Assembly: GCA_022813965.1 (NCBI GenBank)
Contig: JALDZS010000037.1
Span: forward strand, 124,001-155,351
Direction: 5' to 3'
DNA length: 31,351 nt
Source: Toensbergia leucococca
Lineage: Eukaryota
In this document: piece by piece, positions 1-10,519 of the stretch
How the letters are laid out: every line of letters begins with the position of its first letter
Numbering within the stretch: position 1 is the stretch's first letter
Program-made: the position numbers and the translations under genes
The notes under the pieces: model-generated
The model's database searches: none
What the model saw: only the letters and a program-made list of their open reading frames with translations
Told to the model about the DNA's origin: nothing

Positions 1-3000
1 AAGTGGCAGCATCTTCACCCCTAGTAACCCGGGTTACCCCATCCCCATCACCTGCAACTGCAAAACAGCCTGGTGGGCTGCTTGCGAAGGCTCTTGCACC
101 AGCCGGCACAATGTACAGGCCTCCTATGGGTGCTCCAAAGCCTCCTGCGATTGTTGATCTCAGCGATGACGAGGGGCCCACGTACCGTGGAGAACCCTCG
201 GATGAAGAATCTCAGAGAACCCATATGGCAGACATCAAGCCATCCACTTTCATACAAAAGGCCCAAAGATCTCTTGGAGGCGAAAAGAATCGTACGCAAG
301 ATTCGACGAACGATGGTTCGAAACGTTTTCGGGAGATCACGTCGAATTCATTTTACAAGCCTCTAGAAAAGCAGGGAAGCAAAGTTCCAGGCTCAACGTT
401 GTCTGGTTCAGTCTATGACTCCCGAAATAGGGATGACAAGGTTACTTCGTCCAGAATAAACGCTCCTGCCAAGAGATCCGCCGATGTTATGGCGAACTCT
501 TATGGAAACCCAGGCAGAATAGCTAGGCAAGATCGCCAGACAGGCCCTGCCAAGGCCCGACCAGTACGAGAAATCTCCATCGACGACATTGAAGACTTCC
601 AGCTAAAAAAGAAAGTCATGCGCATGCGAGAGATTTTACCAAAATACTCTGTGGTAACGTGCCGCAATGCACTTCTAAGTAAAAAGGCCAATTTCGAGGA
701 CGCTATGGATCTTCTCATATCCCAGGAAACCCAACCTCCTGAGGTTGATCTTACCCTATCGGATAGCGATCAGCCGTTAACTAAAACCCCGATACAGGAA
801 AAGCCTTCAGCTAAACAGAAGCTCAAAGCTCCCAACAAGTCAATTCAGGAGAAGTGGACAGCTACCCAATCTTTTCCTAGAAATGTGCCGTCTCCAACGC
901 CGATAATAGTCAACCCTCCAGAAAAGAAGAAGAGGCGACTAGTCCAAGGTCGAAGGAAGGTCTCGTCCCCTGTTGTCGAGAGACCAGTGCCAGCCTCGTC
1001 TCCTCTGCAGCGAGATCGAACTCCAGATTCTGACGATGACTCTGATTCGGCTATAGAACTTGAATCTGAGGAAGATACCGAGTTGAAGGGCAAGGTACTG
1101 AACTTTCTCAATACCTGTTCTATTCTCGATCTTGCAGACACTGCGGCAGTAACCGAAGATGTTGCAACTGTTTTACTATCGCAGAGGCCATTTCAAGACC
1201 TAGACGAAGTGAGGCAAGTTTCAACCGATGTTCCGGGTGCGAAACAGAAGAAAACGACTAAAAGATCCTGCGGTGACAAGGTTGTTGAAAAGTGCCTTTC
1301 AATGTGGGCAGGCTACGAAGCAGTTGATGAGCTTGTTCGGCGATGTGAGGATTTAGGAAAGCCAGTGGCTGAGGAAATGAAGAAATGGGGTGTTGATGTA
1401 TTCGGAGCTTCTAAGGGAGGTGAGCTCGAACTCGTCACATTTGACCAATTCAGCAACGACGGAGTACCAACTTCAACACGAGATTCTGGTATCGGCACGC
1501 CTAGCAGCGTAATTTGGTCTGGTGACGAGGGTGGTGATGGTGATAGGAAAAAGGGCAGTGGTCTTCGTACTACCCAGAATAATTCAATTTTCTATCCACA
1601 GCCTCCAAGCATGGGTGAAGGGATCATCCTCAAGGATTACCAAATCGTCGGAATTAATTGGCTCTCTCTCTTATATGAGAAGCAATTGAGCTGTATTCTG
1701 GCCGACGATATGGGTCTTGGGAAGACGTGCCAAGTCATTGCTTTTCTTGCTCATCTCCTAGAGAAAAACATCAAAGGGCCGCATCTAGTCGTTGTTCCTG
1801 GTTCAACGCTGGAGAATTGGCTGCGAGAATTCTCCATCTTTTGTCCCAAATTATCGGTCATGCCCTACTATGGTAAGTTCATTACACGTTTGTGTGTCTT
1901 GGATTGGGGATTCTAACATGTCTTATGATAGCCAACCAAAAGGATAGGTTTAGCGTTAGAGAGCAAATCAAAGACAACCTAGACACCATCAACGTAGTAG
2001 TCACTACCTATGGTATGGCGAAGATTCCAGAGGACAACAAGTTTTTACGGCGCCTTAAATTTGTTGTAAGTTCAAGAACGCAGTGTGTGGTACATGAGCA
2101 ATAGAGGCTGAGTAGTCAATTTAGGCTTGCGTATACGATGAAGGACATATTCTTAAAAACAGACAATCTGCTGGCTACGATCAGCTGATGCGGATCCCAG
2201 CGCGATTCCGCCTACTTCTCACAGGAACTCCCTTGCAGAACAACCTAGGCGAGCTTGCATCTTTGCTTGCTTTCATCCTACCATCAGTTTTCAAAGAGCA
2301 TAGTGGAGCTCTGGAATGCATCTTCGATGCCAAGGCGAAGACCACAGACGAGACCCACGCGGCTTTGCTTTCAGCTCAGCGTATTGCTCGAGCAAGGTCA
2401 ATGATGACTCCCTTTGTTTTGCGAAGGAAGAAGTACCAAGTGCTTAAAGACTTACCATCGAAGACGAGGCGTGTCGAATACTGCGAGTTAACTCAGTCAC
2501 AGACCGACATCTACGAAGAAATACGGAACAAAGCCCATCAAATCGTTCAGGATAGAGCAGCTGGGAAGAAAACCGGCAAAGCAACGACCAACATTCTGAT
2601 GGCTTTGCGGCAGGCTTCTATCCATCCTCTTCTGTTTCGTCGTATATATAATGACAAAACAATCAAGGAAATGTCCAGATTGTGTCTTCAAGAAGAGGGG
2701 TTTGAGAACAAGGAGGCCAGTTTCATTTGTGAAGACATGGGAGAAATGACCGACTTTGAGTTACACAGTCATTGCGAATTATACCCGACTACAATGGCGC
2801 CTTTTCTCCTTCAGAATAACGAATGGATGGATTCTGGCAAAGTCAGCAAGCTCTGTGGCCTTCTTAACACGTTCAAAGCCAACGGCGACCGTGTGCTGGT
2901 CTTCTCTCAGTTTGTCATGGTCATGAACATTCTCGAATACGTTCTCGAAACACTCGGGATGCGCTTCTTTCGTCTGGACGGCCAGACCAAAATGGACGAG

Positions 3001-3420
3001 CGTCAAGACATGATCGACCAGTTCTATGCCGAGGAAGACATCACTGTATTCCTGCTCTCCACTAAAGCTGGCGGGGCTGGCATTAATCTCGCTTGCGCGA
3101 ACAAAGTCATTATTTTCGACTCGTCATTCAACCCGCAGGACGACATCCAGGCGGAGAACCGGGCACATCGGGTCGGACAGACGAGGGAAGTTGAGGTTGT
3201 GAGGTTGGTTACCAGGGGGACCATTGAGGAGCAGATCCACGCGCTTGGGGAGACAAAGTTGACACTTGATCAAAGGGTAGCTGGGGATGGGGAGATAGTG
3301 GCGGAGGAGGATGAGAAGAAGGCCCAAAATAGGGGCATCAAGGCTGTGGAGGAAGCGATGTTGAAGCAGATGAATGGAGAGGAGGGAAAGACGAATAGTG
3401 AGGGTAAGATGGAAATTTGA
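1..3420 (+). CDS. FUN30: SNF2-family ATP-dependent chromatin remodeller, Fun30/SMARCAD1/Fft subfamily; 5' end lies outside the window. Exons <1..1872, 1932..2065, 2125..3420
   Basis: Motif I ILADDMGLGKT, Ia LVVVPGSTLENW, and after splicing motif II VYDEGH, III LTGTPLQNN, IV RVLVFSQF, V LSTKAGGAGINL, VI QAENRAHRVGQ. CUE-like helical segment near aa 200-240 (LPKYSVVTCRNALLSKKANFEDAMDLL). Introns 1873..1931 and 2066..2124 (both GTAAGT...TAG) join the three ORFs in frame. Subfamily call is from motif recall. Confidence 0.88.
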
Positions 3421-3939
3421 GAGGTGTTCTATATGAACTGATATTATTTGGGGAGAGGTCTACATATCTGTAGATAAGCATAGGCTATTATTGCACCGGA
3501 TACTGTATGAAAGCTATGCGTTGAGGAACCATCACTCAACTATCGTCATATTGTTGATGGCCTCAGACACACACACTTTTAAGCAGACACAAATATCCAG
3601 CCATTTTCTGTCCCCATCAACCCTAATCTTGATCCTGCATGACCTTTCGTAGAGGCACGAGAGGGTACCTGGAGCTTTGCCGAGGACTAGGTACTACCTA
3701 AGTGCTAAGTAAGGTACCTCGGTAGGTAGGATGTGATGAAATCAGGGTTATATGCAGACAGGGGGTGAGGGGTAATAATGAGTTCATCTGACCTATTGCT
3801 ATCCCACGTTCTTGACCCCGCTTCCCCGTCCAGGGTCCGTTCACGGTTCGCATAGTGCCCGCATCTTAAATCCTCAAGCTTCGATCAAGCTTCGATCTAT
3901 CACAGATCTGCATACACCTTCCCAACTGAACACTGAATC

Positions 3940-6900
3940 ATGGGCGGCGAGACACAGACAAGGCCCACTGGGGCCACGTACCCCAAGTTCTCTGCAGGAC
4001 CTGTAGGTCAGCAAATCCACAGCATCTACAAAGACCGCCTTGGCCAGTTCACTGGCGGTGGTCAATATGCCGGAAAGAACCTGCTTGCGTATGTATTGAA
4101 CGCACCTTGTTGTTCCTGGTAGAGCTGCTGATTACATGTTGAAAAGGGCCATGGATGAAGGGCGTGCATCGGGCGAAGAACATGTGAAGCTCTCCGTCTA
4201 TTCCCCCCCAGATCTTTCGCGCCCTACCTTCAAGGAAGCTACATCCCACGAGTTCAAACCTACCAAAGTTGGAGAGTCTTTTGGTCCAAGTTGGTCTACA
4301 CATTGGTTTAAAGTCCAGCTCAAGGTGCCTTCGAATCTGCTCGAGAAGGAGCAAATTGAGCTCCACTGGGACGCCAACAATGAAGGCCTTGTGTGGACCG
4401 AGGACGGCGAGCCCTTGCAAGGCCTTACTGGTGGAGGAGAGCGCGTTGAGTGGGTCCTCCCGACGAGCTTCCGCGATGGCAAAGATCACACCTTTTACAT
4501 CGAAATGGCTTGTAACAAAATGTTTGGCAACGCCGATTCCGACACTATACAGCCCCCAAACCCGAACCACTACTTTCAGCTTCATGAAGCAGATATCGTC
4601 GCCGTCAATCCGGAGGCTAGGGCGCTATTCGTCGATTTCTGGATTATCGGAGGTAATGTCAATGAATATCCATCTCCACTCCGTCATTTTAACGAGGGAC
4701 GACAGATGCTGCACGAGAGTTCTCCGAAGACTCCTGGGAATCACACGAGGCTCTGCAAGTATGTAATGCTATTATGGACGTATTTATTGCCGCGCATGGT
4801 AGTCAAGAGTCGATCCTTGAGGGCCGCAAAATTGCTCGGAAGTACATTGGTGATGACGTTGATTCTGCGAAAGTCTACGATACTGATAAGGAAGCTATTG
4901 TCTACGCTGTTGGACATTGTCACATCGATACCTGCTGGCTATGGCCATGGGCAGAGACAAAGCGCAAAATTGCACGCTCCTGGTCTAATCAATGTGATCT
5001 GATGGATCGGTACCCAGAACATCGCTTTGCTTGCTCGCAGGCCCAGCAGTACAAGTGGTTGGAAAAGTTGTATCCAGCACTCTACGACCGAGTCAAGGCC
5101 AAAGTCAAGAAGGGTACATTCCAACCGATTGGAGGTAGCTGGGTCGAGCATGATACGAATATGCCAAGTGGGGAGTCTCTTGTCCGCCAATTCTTGTATG
5201 GTCAACGCTTCTTTGAGAGCCATTTCGGTGAACGCTGTACTACCTTTTGGTTACCAGATACTTTCGGATACTCAAGTCAGCTGCCTCAATTATGTCGTCT
5301 CGCTGGCATGAGCAGGTTCTTCACTCAAAAGTTGAGTTGGAATAACATCAACAACTTCCCGCATACAACCTTTAATTGGATTTCTCTGGATGGCAGTCAA
5401 GTTCTATGTCACATGGCTCCATCTAACACATATACCGCGGATGCGCATTTCGGTGACGTTAAGCGTAGTGTCTCGCAACACAAATCAATGGATCAAGATA
5501 ACACATCGTTGCTGATCTTTGGCAAAGGCGATGGTGGAGGAGGCCCAACTTTCCAGCATCTTGAGAAACTCAGAAGGTGTCGGGGAATGAGCGACAAAGT
5601 GGGATTATTACCACGGGTCACGATGGGCGTTTCAGTGGAAGACTTCTTTGCAAGACTGGAGAAAAAAGCAGAGGAGGGCACCAAGTTTGTCACATGGTAT
5701 GGCGAACTCTATTTCGAACTGCACAGAGGTACATACACCACGCAGGCGAACAACAAATGGAACAATAGAAAGTCAGAGATCTTGCTCCATGACATCGAGT
5801 ACCTCTCCACCTTGGCTACAATCAAGGACAGTTCTTACAAGTACCCCAAGGAGGATATTGATGATATGTGGGAAAACATTCTGTTATGTCAATTCCATGA
5901 CTGTCTACCCGGCAGTTCGATCGAAATGTGCTATGATGATTCTAATGAATTATACGCCAAGGTCTTCGAAACGGGTGAAAAGTGCTTAAAAGACGCTTTA
6001 AGTACACTTGGTTTCTCTAGGCACGAAGCAAGCAAACGGAGCCTGACTGCAATCAACACCCTACCCTGGCCTCGAGCCGAGATCATGAAGGTTCCTGGAG
6101 CGACTACGTCGAAAAAGTCAGACTACGCCATGGTGAAAGGCAATCAAGGTGTAGCCAATGTCGAGGCATTGTCTGACTCGGCGAAGTCGATAGCTTCGAT
6201 CAAAGAAATCAAAAAGGGCGTCTTCCAGCTCTCAAATAACCACTACATGGTAGAAGTCGAAGCTGGCACTATTACATCCCTGATCGATCTTTCGGTCAAC
6301 CGCGAAATCATTGCCAAAGGTGGCAAGGCCAATCAGCTTGTTATATTTGATGACAAGCCTCTCTACTGGCAAGCCTGGGACGTCGAAGTTTATCATCTCA
6401 ACTCTCGAGAGGAACTACCGTCTGGCCACAGTGAGATTGCAGAACAAGGCCCTCACAGGGTAAGTTTGGTCACTGAGACCAAAATTAGCGCTGAGAGCTG
6501 GGTCAAGACAACCATCAGCCTTGCTGCCAGCATCGAAGACCAGCCGTCATACGTAGAAATGGCAAGCGAAGTTGAATGGCGTGAGAGCATGAAATTCCTT
6601 AAGGTCGAATTTCCTGTTGATATCGTCAACACCGAGGCGTCCTACGAAACTCAATATGGACTCATCCGCCGACCGACTCACTACAACACCAGCTGGGATA
6701 TGGCCAAGTTCGAGGTGTGCTGCCACAAGTGGGCGGATCTTTCAGAGAATGGCTATGGTGTTTCGGTCCTCAACGACAGTAAATACGGCTTCGCAATCTG
6801 TGGCAACATGATGCGACTGTCGCTTCTGCGAGCGCCCAAAGCCCCAGATGCTCACGCTGACATGGGTAAGTTTCCACAAAACCAATTCAATTCATTGCGA

Positions 6901-7376
6901 AGAAAGAATCCAGCTGACACCCCAACCCAATCCTAGGCCGTCACCATATCCGCTACGCCATTCTCCCTCACGCCGGTCCCCTTGACTCCCGTACCGTCCG
7001 CACAGCCTACAACTTCAATCACCCAATGAAATTCTACGCCTCCACCTCCTCTCTTGCGGCCACCTCATCGCTCCTCTCCGCCATCACCCTGCACGGCTCC
7101 CCGGCCCTGATCCTTGACACGATCAAGCGCGGCGAAGACGACGAGGATGTCTCGCGCGGCGAGTTCAGCAAGCGTAAAGGTAAGAGTGTCATTTTGAGAG
7201 TGTATGAGAGTTTGGGCGGTAAGGCGAGGGGGGTGGTCAAGAGCACGTTGGATGTGAAAGGGGTGTGGAAGACGAACTTGTTGGAGGACGATGAAGGGGA
7301 GTTGAAATTTGCGGGCGGGGAGATGGAGATTGAGTTGAGGCCATTTGAGGTGGCGACATTTAGGCTGCAACTGTGA
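3940..7376 (+). CDS. AMS1: Glycoside hydrolase family 38 vacuolar/cytosolic alpha-mannosidase. Exons 3940..4088, 4147..4652, 4706..6865, 6937..7376
   Basis: GH38 motifs GHCHIDTCWLWP, FWLPDTFGYS, YFELHRGTYT, QFHDCLPGS; C-terminal LRPFEVATFRL. Introns 4089..4146 (GTATGT...AAG), 4653..4705 (GTAATG...CAG) and 6866..6936 (GTAAGT...TAG) restore a single frame (IIG/DAAREF; DMG/RHHIRYA). Confidence 0.95.
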
Positions 7377-7533
7377 GCCGACGTGAGTACATGATAGATT
7401 GGCAGTGTTAGTACTAAGATTGTAAGGGTTACGACGGAAAAGCAATGGGGTCATGGCAGCGTCGAATGGCTATAGTTCTGGCAGATGAAAAATGAAACCC
7501 ATCTATATACAATGAGAGACTGCTCGAAGCCTA

Positions 7534-9007
7534 CTACAACAAAGGGTTCGATCGATACTCGGGAACCTCCGCGCTCGACTCCGACTTCTCCGCCCCTGTC
7601 TCCTGCTCCAACCCGTTCTGCATGTCTCCCTCATGCTCCGATAGAAACTTTTCCGCTTCCAACGCAGCTATGCACCCCGAGCCTGCAAACAGCCATTAGC
7701 AAAAAGAAATCAGGTCAACCTGCGCCCCTCCGCCACATCTTGCAATGGGGACAAAGAGAGATTGCAGGGAGAAAAGGAAGTGGTAACACGTACCCGCACT
7801 AGTAATCGCTTGCCGATATCTCTTGTCCTGCACGTCTCCCGCCGCAAACACGCCGTCGATGTTCGTGTAGCTAGTGCCCGGTTTCGTAATGATATACCCT
7901 TCGGCATCCGCCTCCACCTGGCCCTTGAACAGCGCCGTAGCCGGATCATGCCCCACGGCATAAAACAGCCCGTTGGCCTGCACCTCCTCCTCATCCCCAG
8001 AGACCACATCCCGCACTTTCAGGTGCGTCATCAGGCCCCTCTCTTGTGTCTCCCCCTGCACCTGCACCGGTACGGTGTTGTACCTGACCGTCACTTTCGG
8101 GTGGGACGTAAGCCTTTTCGCCATCGTCTTGCTGGCACGCAGCTTATCCTTCCTGACGAGCACGGTCACGTGGCTGCCGTATTTGGTCAGAAACATGGCT
8201 TCCTCCGCCGCGGAGTCGCCGCCACCGATGACGATGAGATGCTTGTTTCGGAAAATGGGGACGGCGCCGTCGCAGATAGCGCAGGCGCTGATGCCATTTT
8301 GCCAGTATTTGTCTTCACCGAGGAGGTTGAGGCGGCGCGCGGAAGCGCCTGTAGCGATGATTAGGCTGTCGGCTGTGTGGGGGGGTTGGGAGGTGGAGGA
8401 GGATTCGGGCCAGATTTTAAAGGGGCGGGTGGTGAGATCCACTTTGCCGATGGTTTTTGTGTGGATGGTGGTGCCGAAGCGGACGGATTGGGCGCGCATT
8501 TTATCCTGGGGTGGGTTGGTCAGTGAGGGGAAGAGAGGGAGGTGAGTAAGAGCGTGGGGGGATATTTGATAGGAGTAAGGAGGAGCTAGTGAAAGTAAAG
8601 AGGGCTGTACCATTAGCTCTTGGCCACCGACGCCCTCTGGGAAGCCAGGGTAATTCTCCACATCTGTGGTTGTGGTCAATTGGCCCCCGGCTGCAATACC
8701 GTTGGCGAGGTATCCTTCGTAGAGAACAGCTGGTTTCCAGATTAGTCATTTTCCCCTTGTCCGGGGCTTCGACGGTGCTCACGCTGGAGTTCAGCTCGTG
8801 CTAGGTAGACGGCTGCGGTGTGAGCTGCCGGGCCGGACCTGATTCATCCACTTGTCAGCATTTTACGAATGCAAGCGAGCTGCTGTCGCTAGGTTCCTCG
8901 GAGAAGTGTGACGGCTTGCTTACCCAATGACTAGGACAAATTGTTAGAAAATGGTAGTTTGGAATGAAGATAAATGTGGAATACTCACTAACAACTTTCG
9001 AATGCAT
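7534..9007 (-). CDS. TRR1: Low-molecular-weight thioredoxin reductase. Exons 9007..8989, 8930..8924, 8838..8783, 8729..8611, 8505..7794, 7682..7534; an upstream in-frame AUG lies at 9040 and a CUG at 9154
   Basis: Spliced product [33 protein letters not shown]...; redox CAIC (ISACAICDG); NADPH motif [40 protein letters not shown]; ends PEYRSNPLL* followed by a second TAG. Five GT-AG introns: 8931..8988, 8839..8923, 8730..8782, 8506..8610, 7683..7793. Confidence 0.95.
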
Positions 9008-10519
9008 GCCTCTGGCCTTTTCCTGGCTCAAGCTCCCCATGCTGGCAGGCGAAGTTGGAGACTTTTGCTGAAGGGATGCCGCTGCTGCCAAGGGGACGCC
9101 GAGGGCTGACCGGAGATGAGAAGAAGAAGCTCGTCGAAAGGCCGTGGAAAACAGTTTGAAGATATTGGTTGGAGATGAGAAGGCTCTTCGGTTGCGTTCC
9201 TATCAATTGGATGCAGACGGAGGGATGGTGGGGTATTTGAAACTCTTAAGAAGTTGATCTGTAGAGAGATGCAGTATTTTAAGTTGTATTTGTGGCGGTC
9301 GATTCTTCGATTGGAATTTCCATCGTCATTCGTAATCGGTCGAATGATTCCATGCATGTAGGGCTGAGCCTCGGACGCTAGAATAGGAGGCTAGCCATTT
9401 CAAAGGCTTGCGGAGTTGGGGCATCAGAGCGATTCCACATCACGCGTCATACGGTCTGGCTTGGACTTGTCTGATAGGTACAGTCGAGACGTTTGATCTC
9501 CTAGCCTCTGCAGATACAATCAAGTTGTCCATAAAGAATCAGCTCATCCAATCGTTGCTGCGTGAAGCCGAAGATTGATATTTTGGTGATCCCCGACGCT
9601 GATCCTGCAAAGGATTCTCTCCGCAGCGACAGCGAGGTCGCACCTGGGAGCCGCCCGTCGCCGAGACTAGCAATCAGATCCTATGTATTTGGTACTCGAA
9701 CTTTGAAGCAGCACTTATGGCGTATGCTCTACTAACCATCAGTATTTGATCATTCCAGATACAGCCATGAAGTCGTCCCGAAAGGGTCAGACAATCAGTC
9801 ATGTTGAAATCATTGCGGGAAGATCTCTTCCGGAACCATTGGCATCATCTAAATGAAACCCTGCATATTGGCATTATGTACTTGTACTTGTTCTCTACCA
9901 GAACCTTGTTTCTCAGAAAGACATATTCCTGATATCAGCTCTCTTAAGGCGCAAGGCTTCGCACGCTATGAAAGAGGGGTTGCCAGTATGGAGTAACTTA
10001 TATGACCTTTGATCAATGTTGAATAAAGCTGTTCTCTTTCATAAAATGTGTTTCTATGTGATCTGCCGTCTTATATCTATCTAGCATTCAATTTGTTCCT
10101 GAGAATTCTAACACAAAGCCACTCCTCTACAGTCTGATATGCGTGCATACCTGAGACTATAGAAGCAGACGGACTTAGAAGTATCTGGTGTGTTCAGACA
10201 TGGCAGTGCGTTCTTTCTCTGTGACTCAGGAAGTGTATGATCAAATATTCAAATTATCTGAAACAAGGAATTTCGTATTCTTCATACCATTATAAGACTT
10301 TAATCGCAATGCTAGGCCTTATCAACCAAACAGAACAACGTGGAACCTGTACGACTCGCCTTGAAAGTGCTGGTAGCAACACGGTGCAAGGACGATCAAT
10401 GTATAAGTGTGATCTCCTCCACTTTCCCTAGGAAATCATCCTTAATTCGCGTAACACAGAATGTCCAAAGATACAGTGGCCGGATCCATCTCACTTCAGA
10501 GGGACTCGTCTTCCAGCGC

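Noticed and set aside
3874..3897. 11-bp tandem repeat (tcaagcttcga x2) in the AMS1 leader
   Set aside because: Ordinary slippage duplication with no evidence of function.
7762..8545. Long antisense ORFs over TRR1, and similar ones over SNX4, AMS1 and the 18-19 kb region
   Set aside because: Shadow ORFs caused by GC-rich, skewed codon use; no motifs.
9028..9357. 109-aa out-of-frame AUG ORF overlapping the TRR1 leader
   Set aside because: No recognisable features, and its AUG may lie upstream of the TSS; it cannot be supported as a uORF without transcript data.
9500..9860. Coding-like fragment (KIDILVIPDADP...) with a nearby CTAAC, faintly reminiscent of DJ-1/PfpI proteins
   Set aside because: Too short, no start codon or coherent exon chain; the resemblance could be chance.
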